From Paramoeba atlantica (lineage: Eukaryota; Protista; Discosea), in assembly GCA_977017575.1 (NCBI GenBank), contig CDRNVI010000030.1, positions 992,001-1,056,000 of the forward strand: a DNA stretch of 64,000 bases, in the 5' to 3' direction. Below are positions 28,618 to 38,976 of the stretch, in pieces. The number at the start of each line of letters is the position of its first letter. Within the stretch, counting starts at the first letter, position 1. Below the pieces are notes generated by a model that had not been told where the DNA came from, searched no databases, and saw only the letters and a program-made list of their open reading frames with translations. The translations under genes and the position numbers were made by a program.

Positions 28618-29479
28618 ATTCCTCTTATGAATTGGCCACCCAACTCTCCAGATCTCAATCCCATTGAGAACGTTTGGAGCGTGATGAACAAATTGTAAAA
28701 AAAAAATTTAAGCCACACAACTATGTAACCCTGACAAAGGCCATAGAAAAGGCGCTTAATGCTCTAAAACGGGCCCCACACAAACAAAAAGTGTTGAATT
28801 CCATCAATTCTGTTCCCAAACGTATGCAAATAGTTATTCAGACCAATGGGGAGCACTGCGGATATTGATACTTCTTCCTTTTTTCTCATTTTATCATTGA
28901 AAGGGTGATTTTTTCTGGATGTCTAATGTACCATTTTTTTGTTTTTGGTCTACTTTGGGGTCACCACCAGAGCACCAGGGTCCCTATGAAAAAAAGGCGG
29001 CAAAGCTCTTCGCTAGGGGAACGAGATCTCTCGAATACTGCAAAAATGAGCAAAAACGGATAAAAAAAATGACATTTGCCAGGCCGGGGGCACACTTCTG
29101 TCCATGGGTGTATATTTACCGGGTAAGCCCCCATAAATACAATCACTGCAGGAAAAGAAGATTGCGCAAAGACAAGCTTAATATCCAATATGCCACCCCC
29201 CGCTCTCCAACACCTTGTTCATACGTTTTTGAGTACTCTGAACACATTTATACCCATTTTCATACCATTTTTTATCAAGTTTATATTTTTTAGAGATGTA
29301 AGTAGTGGAAAAACCGCATTTTCGTTCAATAACAAACGAAATGCGCATCGTGCGCTCCGAGTTGAGGTAACTCGGCCTGTGGTTCCTCACCACGGGTATA
29401 AAAAGGGTAGCGTCGATGTGAAAAAACAGGGGAAATTTGACTGCACATTGGAAAATCTCATTTACCTAGGGCTGCACCG

Positions 29480-29790
29480 ATAGCCTGCACCAACCCCTGA
29501 AAGGTTTCTTGTCTGGGCACACAAATCCGTCCCTCCGCAAGGGGGCCCAGGTGAAAATAATAATTTATTATTAGAGGTTAAAATTATTAATAATTCTGCT
29601 ACTATGACGTCAACACGGCTCACCCAAGAGGTGTGAGCCGGGTAAGGGAGCTGGTTCCCTGAGGGGAGGGTCCGGGACGGTCCTCCGAGTACTGAGCCTA
29701 GTCGGTTATCAGCCCGGCCTCTTAGAGTGAGGGCGCCAGGAACATTGCGATGAGCGGGTTTGAACTCGCCGTCTGAGCACCATGTGCTTC
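29480..29790. other. Hairpin-dense GC-rich cassette split by an AAT-rich tract
   Basis: Stems at 29532-45, 29616-40 (8 bp), 29645-60, 29665-86, 29718-32 and 29775-89. Confidence 0.4.
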
Positions 29791-30039
29791 AAACTTTGAA
29801 TTCTTGCCACTCCGCCACCTCCTCCTCTCCGCCATCTCCTCCTCCTTTAGCTAGAAGGGTACACCGAATTGGAATAATAATAATATGTAAAGTTTTGCCA
29901 GTTTTTCAACCTCTTCCCACCGAAAATACAAACCGCGGTCTCGGTGCGGTCTCGGGCGAAGTACTCGCGGCCCCTCAATTGTAGATTGAAGCTAATGAAT
30001 CCTAAGAACTAGACCTAACAAGAAGACCTAACAAGAAGC

Positions 30040-30663
30040 TCAAAACATCTCATTCACATCCAGACCGTCCATCGCCTGCTCGATTCCTTGCCAAGAGTTT
30101 TGCAGCGATACTGTGCTATGTATAACTTTGTTACTATTCTGAGACTTGATCAGCGAACTTAGTTCCCTGTATTTCAGCTCGGCTTTATTCAGTACGCGAG
30201 CAATCAGCTCAAGAATTGATTCTGCAGTAACCCGGTATTCAGCTATCCACGGTTTTGAGAGAATGCACCTCTCACGCTTCCCAGCTGACCACCAATACTG
30301 ACATTCTTTTAGAAGATCAAAAAGATGTCGGAAAAGTGTCAAAATGTACCAGGCCTTGGCTTTAACCCGGGCTTCAATAGAAGAAATTTTAATCTTCGAA
30401 TTTTCGATGTCTTCATTCTGGGATATATCCGCCTCCAAAAGTTTAATGTCGCACATAATGTCGGATTCGCCTTCGGTTGAAATATGCGGGTACAGAATTT
30501 TTATGCCTTCAAGAGACGTGTGGCACGTTTCACAGGTTTCATTTGCAATTTGCCTTGCAAATCCGAGGAGGTAACCTACTCGGGACCCGATACTATGTGA
30601 ATGCTGCCTTACACCGTCAAGGAAGCCTTGGTTGTAGCCGTCCTGATACGGATCCGTCATCAT
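30040..30663 (-). CDS. Hypothetical protein with Yae1/Lto1-like N-terminal GxxxG repeat
   Basis: YQDGYNQGFLDGV....IGSRVGYLLGF. Confidence 0.5.
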   Translation of the reverse strand: MMTDPYQDGYNQGFLDGVRQHSHSIGSRVGYLLGFARQIANETCETCHTSLEGIKILYPHISTEGESDIMCDIKLLEADISQNEDIENSKIKISSIEARVKAKAWYILTLFRHLFDLLKECQYWWSAGKRERCILSKPWIAEYRVTAESILELIARVLNKAELKYRELSSLIKSQNSNKVIHSTVSLQNSWQGIEQAMDGLDVNEMF

Positions 30664-30945
30664 AGTATTGTACACGTTTGCATCTATAAAAGAACAGGAA
30701 AAGACTGTATTTACAGTAGGGTAGCGCAATCGTAGAAATCATTAATATATTTTATTATATTAATTATATTTTATTAAGTGATCTATAGATAAACCTACAA
30801 ATGTGAGCCCCAATTTTCCTATGCGCGTAGTGCGAATGTTATCATGCATATGAGCTTGTGTATTCTATTTCACCTTACAGAGAATTCTTCAGATTGTTTT
30901 TCTGAATATCTGATTCAGTCCATTCACGATAATTTTCGTGAGTCA

Positions 30946-33900
30946 TTACTTTTCAAGTTTGGCCCATTCTGCTGTTTCACCGAAACGCACAATGATGCCT
31001 TCTTCCTTGTGTGTTCCTTCTTTGTCTGCTTGATGCAAAACTTCGTAATACGCCTTTTGAATGATTTGTAAATCTCGTCTTGCTTGTGTGTCATTCGGGT
31101 TTTGCAATTTTCTCACGAGTGCAAGTACCATTGCGAGCTTTAGTTTTTTAATGACTTGACATGTGCGTTCATCGGCTAACACGAACAACCAGTCATCGAG
31201 AATCATGAGGTGAGCTTTCTCCACAAAGTCAATACTATTGGTAGGAACACCAAAAAATAGAAGGGGCCATATAGTAATGCCGGTTACCTCCGAAATTTTG
31301 TACTGAATACCAGATTTCGTTTTCGGACTTTTCGTACAGGAGCGAAACACGTAGTATGGTGACTGATTCTTATCTTCGCCAATCTTAAATTCCATAATTT
31401 GTGCACAAATCGAAGTTGTATCAATTACAGTCTCAACAGTCTTGGTACGCAAGTATTTGGTCACTTTTTGCGCCACATTCGGGTATAACATACATGTAAT
31501 AAGACCTTTCGCGAGGATAATATCGCTTGAAAGAGTGGAGTGGATGGACTGATCAACGAAGGCGGCACGTTTCTTAGACGATTCTGGGTCGATGTCGGTC
31601 AGATATTTATTTTCTGCTAAAACATTATAGATCTGATGTTTAGTGAGTGACATTTGTTCAAGTTTGCTCAATACGAGTGTGTGATCAGATAGAAACCGGG
31701 CCTCGTGTTCTGGAAAAATTCCCCTTACGTTTACCCAGGAATTATAAGCGTTTACACAGGAAAGGATATCACTCCTTGATTTTCGTCCCAAGATATCTCG
31801 ATTGATTCGTGCTCCTTCCCTGCCATCAAAGGTATTGTCAAACGGTGAGATGCTGGTTGCTGCCGCAATGGTTAAGGCACAGTCCAGACATCCGAGAGCA
31901 AGCCCGAGAAGAATCATTTTTCCAGTACTTGGGTCTACAGGGAGCGGTGAGAGATATAACCCCAAAGGCGTGAGTTGCATATTCTCATCTACTGCCCCAG
32001 CGTCTTGCAGCTTACGCATGGCACTCTTAATCGAAATAGATTGCGGTACATCGAGCACATTATTGCTCAGATACTCCTCTGGGCTTTCAATTCCGAGGGT
32101 TAGCAACAGAAGACAGATGCCATCGAGGGGCGTTCTGACTAACTCCGGGCTTTGATATGTGGGTAAAAGTTCGTACGTTTCCCTTGTGTACATACGATAA
32201 CAAATTCCGTTTTGAGTGCGACCCGCACGACCCGCACGCTGAATGCAATTCGCTTTGCTCGCATACATGACCTGTAGGGCAGTTTGATGTGTTGTTGCAT
32301 CCAGTGAAAAGGTTGTGACCGCTTGTTTCAAACGCCCTGTGTCAATTACCACGCGGACATCGGGAATAGTAATGGAGCTTTCGCAAATGTTTGTGGATAA
32401 AACAACTTTTGTTTTCCCAGGAGATGCTGGAGCAAAGGCTTTCATCTGAAGGTCTTGAGCAACCGATGAATGTAGGGTTAACACTTCGATTTCATCGCGC
32501 ATGTGAGAAATTGCTTCGCTTGCTGCTACTATATCACCCCAACCCGGCAGAAATACTAGGATGGATGCGTTGGCAACCTCATGATTTCGGATGCAGTGAT
32601 CAACTAAAAATGTAAGGAGTCTAAAATCGATGGCGCTTGAAGCTTTACTCATTCCTTGGATACGCTGATCTGAATTAAGAAGTTCAGGTGGGGGTGCTAG
32701 ATTTAGCATTGACGTTGTCACGACATTACGCTCACGCGCAAGACTAGCGATGTGATCGAGGTATTTGATGTCAACGTCATACATTCCCCTGTTGCATTCT
32801 ATCACTGGTGCATTGCTAAAATATTTCGAAAAACTGGATGAATGCATTGTTGCACTCATAATAATTAATTTGAGGTCCAAACGCTGTGACAAAATATCCC
32901 TCAAGAGCGTCAAACACATATCTGTGCTCGAGTCGCGTTCGTGCACTTCGTCAAAAATTATATGTGAATATTCGTGAGCAAATCGATCAGTGCGAAGTTT
33001 CCTAAGTAAAAGACCACTGGTCAAAAAGTTTAAATGTGTTCCAGGGCGATGCTCAAGGCGAATTTGATATCCTATACTATCACCCACCTCTTCTTGGCGC
33101 TCGTGGGCAACACGCTTCGCTACTGATATTGCACTAATCCGTCGGGGTTGGGTTACCACTATTCCACATGGTCGCTCATTTATTAAACAGTCGTCTAGAA
33201 TGTACTGCGGGATTTGGGTTGTCTTTCCACTACCTGCGGCAGAACAAACAACGACAACCTGATTCTTTTGTATAGCGTCCAACAATTCCTTCTTTATCGA
33301 CCGGATAGTTAGCTCACGTCTTTGACGACCTATTCCGTTCTTATACGTCGGATCAAGTTGTCTGTCGAGAAGTTTTTGATGTAAGTCAGGACGAAATGCT
33401 GGAATTTCTAAGTCACGAAACAGCAACCGACGTTCAAGTTCCGTGTCTGTGATATTTCTACTTTCTTGCTCCAATTCATGAACATCCTTCCATCGCCCCA
33501 CAGCATCATGTAGTCGTTCCATCAGATCTTTATTGCTCCTCAGAAGTGGTGAAATGTTCGATACACCTCGCATCTGAAAATATGGATATCTTTGGAGCAT
33601 TTGAATCATACAAGTGATATCTGCTGCACTTTTGTCACGATGCTTAATAAGAAAATTTACTAACTTTGATTGAGCTGCACCATGCGCTCCCACTCTTGTG
33701 CCGCTTGATCCCGCGACTTCAATAGACCCCATTTGGGGATCGTTTAGAGTAAGCCCTATTTCGTATACCCCAGTTTCCTTGTCAAATTTTACTAGGGTAT
33801 TAACAGGGGAAGATTCCGCCGCTTTTTCATACAGCTGAAGTACCGTGTCGTGGCCTCCTGTGGTAAGCTCGCGTGCTTCCGCATCCCAGTTGCACACCGA

Positions 33901-36900
33901 TCCCAGTCGCTTTTCAAGGTTGTTTGCGCGATCGCAAAAGTCTTTGTCAAGCACGCGTAACATGTATACTGCATGTGCAATGGCTCTCTTAGCACTACTT
34001 AGCTTGGTTCGATGTATTCCGTGAGCTGTGTATTCCGGGAATCCTGGTACAGGAAAATACGTATGTATGTACGGAGTGTCTTGCAGTCGTCGCGTGCTCA
34101 TTTTATCGGGATATCGAATTCCTGTACGTTCACACCAGTCTGAAAGAACACTTTTCATCCCACAAGTAGAAAATCCATCGCCCTCAACGCAGTCTAAAGC
34201 GCCGTCCGATACTGCGTCCCCCGTACGCGGTATTTTTCCTTGCTTCAAGTACTCAAAGTCCTTCGCCTCCTGTGCAGCTTGTAAATATTCTATTGTTTGT
34301 TGAACAAAAAATAACCAATCTTCGATGGTCATGACCTCTTCGTCTTCGGAAGGAAGTTCAGGCCTGGAAGTCATTCCAAATGATACTTTTAGTTTAACAG
34401 GAGGTGGGCTTACAGTATTTGCTTCACTTAGTCCATGGCCTGGAAATGCAGCAGATCGCCCCTCTCGCATGACTTCTAACCTATGTATAGATTGGGCGCT
34501 GGAATCAGAAAATACAGAAATTCCCAGCGCATCAAGTATTCTTGTGCCGTGTAAAATACACATGCTCTTCGCATCTGATACTTTGTTTGCTATCCCGATT
34601 GCCAAACGTTTTCCAAATCTTTCTGGAACAGGAAGCTCAAGTAGTGCTTGAGTTTGTCTGTGACCTTCTTCATGATATACACCTGTGCACTTTATGACTT
34701 GCAAAAGATTATCACAGCGCTTCGATTTGTCTCTAGCATATCGAAAATAATATTTACTCAGTGCAGCAAGATACTTCATTTTATACTGTTCTCTAGTGAC
34801 TATTTCGTATACACCTTCACGCTTGACTGTGTACGGAATTAACCTGTCAAAATCAGTTGCGCTTTGTAATTTATAGCGCAAAGGTGGTGGAAGATTGTTC
34901 TTCGCATCCGGACGTACATCGTCAGTTGAAAATGGGGCCCACCGTCCGGACTTTCGCGTTAACTGCGCTCGCTTATTCTGTTGCTCTGTCCTGGTGAATA
35001 ATTTACCACCAACATGATCAATTATTAGTTCTGCATGCATACATGCAATGATGAGCGCATCGTCCTCCATATAGCTTTCTCCTATAGCTTTGATATTTCC
35101 TATACCATCAATGAATATGTTTCCCGAGAAACGATAGTATAGCTGTTGAAAACCAGGAACTTTTGGGTCCACAAGATTAAACTGCTCTTTCGTGAATAAT
35201 TGCGCAATGCTAGAGCCCCGGCTGGCCAAATATTTTCCAATGCGGTGACGAGACATCTCATCCTTTTCGTATGGGCGAATAAGTGCGCTTTGCGACATTA
35301 TTAGGGCTGAACCTCGTACAACGGCATATGAATCTGTGGTATCTACTCTCCAAGTTGTGGGCTCAAAGGCTTTTGCCTCGGTAGTTATTGTATCTAATTT
35401 TATCCCAATAGTTTGACCGTCTCCTTTCTTTACGTTATCCCCTTCTTCTTTATACTCTACCAGGTTTCGCGACAAAGGCCGGCGCTCTTCATTAAGATCA
35501 TCAGACCCACCCGATTCTTCGTTCAACATACAAAGAGCAGGAGGTGATAAAGTCTCCTTATCAACGTTGAGGTAGTCTTCTTTGACATTCAATATTTCTA
35601 TGATTTTTAAGGCGTGCATGCAACAAAGAACTTCCGCAGTGGTACGATTGAGAGAGACACCCATTGCTGTTCGTACACCCACTTTTTCAGTGTTTATTGG
35701 TAGACGATAAATTGCTGTCACACTCCTGGAGTCCCTCCAGGAGCCTTTGTGATACAAATATTGAACATGCACTTTTTCGTCAAAATAAGGCCAATAAAAT
35801 CGCGAGTGCACCGTTTTTAATTTCTTAGCGGCATCCATTTGCAGAATGTCCACAGGTTCAAGAGATGTGTTTTGTAGCAAATCTGTATCTTCTTTTAGTG
35901 ATTTGCTTTCAAGGTTCAGCGTAGTCTTCTTTAGTGGAAGAGGTGAAACAGCATAGGGTCGGGTCTGATCCCCAGGCATAGGGGCCCAGCGTCCCATTTT
36001 TCGAACTCCCTCGGCGTGCAGTCTTTGCTTTTCGTCGTTCCCGTATATTCTTATGCCTAGTGCGTCAAGCATGAGCTCCATATGCATTGCACATAGTGAA
36101 GATGCACTCCTTGCATTGCGCGCGATGCCCACTGACTCTCGCTTCCCGAATATCTTGTCTAATGGTAAGACAAGTGTAGCCGTAAACTCAGACGGCGTTT
36201 CTGTTGACTTGTTGAATACCTTTTCCGTTACATTAATCACAGTGTCCATCAATACGTGAGACCAGCGTGCGTAATACCGATGCATCCGAGCGACAGAATT
36301 ACTATCATAAAAATTTGGGCTGCGTATGTACAGGTTTGCATTAGCATGGCTCTGGGTAGCCAAGGCTACAAGTGTGAATTTTCCATCCTCTGATTCTATT
36401 CTTTCATCTTCGCTACTTACTTGATTCACATATTGCACTGTAGTATTTACAAGCTTTTGTCGCGATTCTTGGTCCAGTCCAACGTATTCAAGAGCTGGGG
36501 GCATAGTAATCTCATGAAAAGATTTGCGCTTGGCGCCAGGCATGGGAGCTTTCTTTCCATCCTTTCGCTTTTGTGCTGCATATTTTATCTGTCCACTTGA
36601 AAGGGAAAATATAGGAATTTGTAATTCGTTCAAAATCGACTCTGCGTGCATACAACACACTACTTCTGCATCCTTTTCAGATTCCGCAATGCCACATGCA
36701 GTAACGTTGTAGCTCTCAATGGGAAGCTTCAAGTGTACTTCACATTTTTCTGATTGACTCTTTGCATCCACATTTTGAAAAAGCTTGTCCTTTTCCATTG
36801 CCGGGTGGTGCCGCGATATGTACGCTACTATTCGGGAACGTGCCATGTTATCAATCCGAAAAACATTTTCAACCTTTTGAGAATTCATGTTACTTGTTTC

Positions 36901-37263
36901 TGCAGTAAAGGTTTTCTCAATTACTCTGTTTTCGATGACTACATCTTTGATCACAGTATTCTTAATAGATTCAGATGTATTCTTAGTAGAATCAAATGTA
37001 ATCGTCGTGGGATTCAAATGCTTTGTAGTCACAGACAAACGTGGAACCGCAGCACGGATGCGAGATGTCTGAACCAGTCGACCACTGTCTTGGAATGCGC
37101 ATGTAGTCGCACGTATGGAGTTGTGCCGTCTACCAAATTGATATACGAAGCGATTTAAATAAACCTTGTGATGGATTACTATGCTTCGATGTTTCCTCAA
37201 CCTTAAAGAGCCACCGGGACATAACATTCGCGGCATAAAGCTTTCGTTAGGTAAAAAACTCAT
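30946..37263 (-). CDS. REH2: RNA editing helicase 2-type DEAH/RHA helicase with multiple N-terminal dsRBD-like repeats
   Basis: 2105 aa with a presequence-like start. Repeated CMHAE...L...I.. modules. GSGKTTQIPQ, TQPRRISA, DEVHER, MSAT, TNICESSITI, QRAGRAGR and HA2 region. Confidence 0.9.
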   Translation of the reverse strand: MSFLPNESFMPRMLCPGGSLRLRKHRSIVIHHKVYLNRFVYQFGRRHNSIRATTCAFQDSGRLVQTSRIRAAVPRLSVTTKHLNPTTITFDSTKNTSESIKNTVIKDVVIENRVIEKTFTAETSNMNSQKVENVFRIDNMARSRIVAYISRHHPAMEKDKLFQNVDAKSQSEKCEVHLKLPIESYNVTACGIAESEKDAEVVCCMHAESILNELQIPIFSLSSGQIKYAAQKRKDGKKAPMPGAKRKSFHEITMPPALEYVGLDQESRQKLVNTTVQYVNQVSSEDERIESEDGKFTLVALATQSHANANLYIRSPNFYDSNSVARMHRYYARWSHVLMDTVINVTEKVFNKSTETPSEFTATLVLPLDKIFGKRESVGIARNARSASSLCAMHMELMLDALGIRIYGNDEKQRLHAEGVRKMGRWAPMPGDQTRPYAVSPLPLKKTTLNLESKSLKEDTDLLQNTSLEPVDILQMDAAKKLKTVHSRFYWPYFDEKVHVQYLYHKGSWRDSRSVTAIYRLPINTEKVGVRTAMGVSLNRTTAEVLCCMHALKIIEILNVKEDYLNVDKETLSPPALCMLNEESGGSDDLNEERRPLSRNLVEYKEEGDNVKKGDGQTIGIKLDTITTEAKAFEPTTWRVDTTDSYAVVRGSALIMSQSALIRPYEKDEMSRHRIGKYLASRGSSIAQLFTKEQFNLVDPKVPGFQQLYYRFSGNIFIDGIGNIKAIGESYMEDDALIIACMHAELIIDHVGGKLFTRTEQQNKRAQLTRKSGRWAPFSTDDVRPDAKNNLPPPLRYKLQSATDFDRLIPYTVKREGVYEIVTREQYKMKYLAALSKYYFRYARDKSKRCDNLLQVIKCTGVYHEEGHRQTQALLELPVPERFGKRLAIGIANKVSDAKSMCILHGTRILDALGISVFSDSSAQSIHRLEVMREGRSAAFPGHGLSEANTVSPPPVKLKVSFGMTSRPELPSEDEEVMTIEDWLFFVQQTIEYLQAAQEAKDFEYLKQGKIPRTGDAVSDGALDCVEGDGFSTCGMKSVLSDWCERTGIRYPDKMSTRRLQDTPYIHTYFPVPGFPEYTAHGIHRTKLSSAKRAIAHAVYMLRVLDKDFCDRANNLEKRLGSVCNWDAEARELTTGGHDTVLQLYEKAAESSPVNTLVKFDKETGVYEIGLTLNDPQMGSIEVAGSSGTRVGAHGAAQSKLVNFLIKHRDKSAADITCMIQMLQRYPYFQMRGVSNISPLLRSNKDLMERLHDAVGRWKDVHELEQESRNITDTELERRLLFRDLEIPAFRPDLHQKLLDRQLDPTYKNGIGRQRRELTIRSIKKELLDAIQKNQVVVVCSAAGSGKTTQIPQYILDDCLINERPCGIVVTQPRRISAISVAKRVAHERQEEVGDSIGYQIRLEHRPGTHLNFLTSGLLLRKLRTDRFAHEYSHIIFDEVHERDSSTDMCLTLLRDILSQRLDLKLIIMSATMHSSSFSKYFSNAPVIECNRGMYDVDIKYLDHIASLARERNVVTTSMLNLAPPPELLNSDQRIQGMSKASSAIDFRLLTFLVDHCIRNHEVANASILVFLPGWGDIVAASEAISHMRDEIEVLTLHSSVAQDLQMKAFAPASPGKTKVVLSTNICESSITIPDVRVVIDTGRLKQAVTTFSLDATTHQTALQVMYASKANCIQRAGRAGRTQNGICYRMYTRETYELLPTYQSPELVRTPLDGICLLLLTLGIESPEEYLSNNVLDVPQSISIKSAMRKLQDAGAVDENMQLTPLGLYLSPLPVDPSTGKMILLGLALGCLDCALTIAAATSISPFDNTFDGREGARINRDILGRKSRSDILSCVNAYNSWVNVRGIFPEHEARFLSDHTLVLSKLEQMSLTKHQIYNVLAENKYLTDIDPESSKKRAAFVDQSIHSTLSSDIILAKGLITCMLYPNVAQKVTKYLRTKTVETVIDTTSICAQIMEFKIGEDKNQSPYYVFRSCTKSPKTKSGIQYKISEVTGITIWPLLFFGVPTNSIDFVEKAHLMILDDWLFVLADERTCQVIKKLKLAMVLALVRKLQNPNDTQARRDLQIIQKAYYEVLHQADKEGTHKEEGIIVRFGETAEWAKLEK

Positions 37264-37721
37264 AGAGGTATGAATACCTCAAGATAACGAACTATAGTTA
37301 AGCATGAAGGTGTAAGACTGCTCAACAGTATTTTCTTGCATACGCGTGAAGAATTTTATGCACTTACGTAGTAAATGTCTAAAAAAAAGCAGTCCTATGA
37401 TAAGCAGTGCGGCTTCGTGTATAGCTATACTGGTAACTGTGTATGTATGCTAGTAACTATTGTGTATATAACGCCCTCCATACTCTCGAATATTGAGAAT
37501 AAAGTGGTCGAAAAAATGGAAAAGAACAAGAATACACTGATAATCTGTTGTAGGAACTCCTAAATGAACCACAAAGTATTTGCGAGATCGGGGATCCAAG
37601 AGTGCGTAGGAGGCATAAAGGATATTTCTTTTCGAAAAACGTTTTCCGAATCGAGCCCTAGGAAGGGTATTCTATTTTTAACGCCAGATAGCGATTGTAC
37701 GCTATGAAGACTTTATGATAA

Positions 37722-38618
37722 CTAGATAGTTACATCTTCATCGCTGCGTATATTACTTTCGTCTTCACCTCTGCATACCACTAAGCGTTTCCTTCGCGTT
37801 TCTGTGCGTTTGTGCTGGTTTATTTTCTGCCGATGCAGCCTCGAATGTTGTGCAAAAAGAGTACCATTACTTTTTAAAAGGCTAAGAGTAGCTACTGATT
37901 CGTTCGCGTCGTGTGAATCAGTGTGTATTGCAGTACAACCCACTCGCCTCTTCTTTTGCCCGCTGACAAGAAAAGCATACCGGCTTTGACGTTTTTTTGA
38001 ACGCATCATTGTCATGGTACGTGGTTTCCCTAGCGTGAATACAACGCTCGAATCGGATGTATGCAACAATGAGTGGGGCTCGGAACTAGAATCAATGCTT
38101 GGAATCAGCTTGCTGAAATGTACGTTTTTGCGAGGAATCCGACGAGCTTGTTGTTGGGACTTATCCCAGGAGCGCAGCCACCGCATACCGCTCCTGGACG
38201 AAACATCAGGAATGTCCAATCCTTCCTCTGTGTAGGCATTCTCCAACTGCATTCGGTAGTTTTCCAGGTGTCGTGCAGTGCCTTTTTTTTGCGAACGCAG
38301 AGACAGAATGATGGCGTCGAATCGCGTAACAAAAGCTCGACAGGCGGCTTCGACTTGATCAACCGACAGGAACAGCACGGAGGAGTGATTGTTTTCAACA
38401 TAATTCGCGAACCATTCAACGGTGTCATACCATTCCTTCTCTCTACCCTTCTGAATTACTTTGGCGTCGCTCTGCTTCTCTCGATGGGCGATCTCACGAG
38501 AGAGTTGTCGCGCACGACGGCTGTCGGGATGAATTGCTGACTTGGGTTGCTTCCCGCGGTTGCGGGATTTCCCAGTCAGCGCGTGAAGACTTGATTGCAG
38601 AGTTTGATTAGTTACCAT
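37722..38618 (-). CDS. TMA16: TMA16-like 60S export/translation machinery-associated protein
   Basis: IHPDSRRARQLSRE, LDIPD...MRWLRSWD and basic composition. Confidence 0.75.
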   Translation of the reverse strand: MVTNQTLQSSLHALTGKSRNRGKQPKSAIHPDSRRARQLSREIAHREKQSDAKVIQKGREKEWYDTVEWFANYVENNHSSVLFLSVDQVEAACRAFVTRFDAIILSLRSQKKGTARHLENYRMQLENAYTEEGLDIPDVSSRSGMRWLRSWDKSQQQARRIPRKNVHFSKLIPSIDSSSEPHSLLHTSDSSVVFTLGKPRTMTMMRSKKRQSRYAFLVSGQKKRRVGCTAIHTDSHDANESVATLSLLKSNGTLFAQHSRLHRQKINQHKRTETRRKRLVVCRGEDESNIRSDEDVTI

Positions 38619-38976
38619 GGGTGACGTTTATGGTGGTGTATGAAAAAGTCATGAATATTTCATATTCTCTAACATTAGATGTATGAAGGGCAACTGTTCC
38701 GTAAATAGTTTATAGAAAAAAAGTTTATAGAGATTGTGCAATCAAAATGTTGGCGTATAGTATTCTACATTAAATCTGTGCGACTATTTCACATGAATGA
38801 GCAAACTTGATAAATCACACTACGGGTGAACTCATATAGAGTTGTATGTACAACGCGAGAAAACTCTGAATGGCCAGCATGCTTATTGTTGAGTACGCTC
38901 CGTTAAGCAATTCTTACAAATCATGTCCGCGCGAGTTCGTACGTGTACCAAAACTATCCTCATCGGACTACACACC

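Larger units (their letters stand above)
26296..28868 (+). pseudogene. Tc1-type transposase, frameshifted and interrupted by Merlin and MITE insertions
   Basis: HTH region from 26296, then IIWTDEK, then VQMDNATT (after removing Merlin), then SPDLNPIENVW (after removing the MITE), ending NGEHCGY. Confidence 0.9.
26062..29110 (+). mobile_element. Tc1/mariner-family DNA transposon (about 130-bp TIRs, TA TSD) carrying two nested insertions
   Basis: TA|CACCCATGGACAGAAGTGTGCCCCC at 26060 and GGGGGCACACTTCTGTCCATGGGTG|TA ending 29112. Confidence 0.93.

Noticed and set aside
29121-29440. ATGGGGGCTTAC on the minus strand resembling RNase MRP CR-V
   Set aside because: No GAAAG.CCCC CR-I partner able to form P4.
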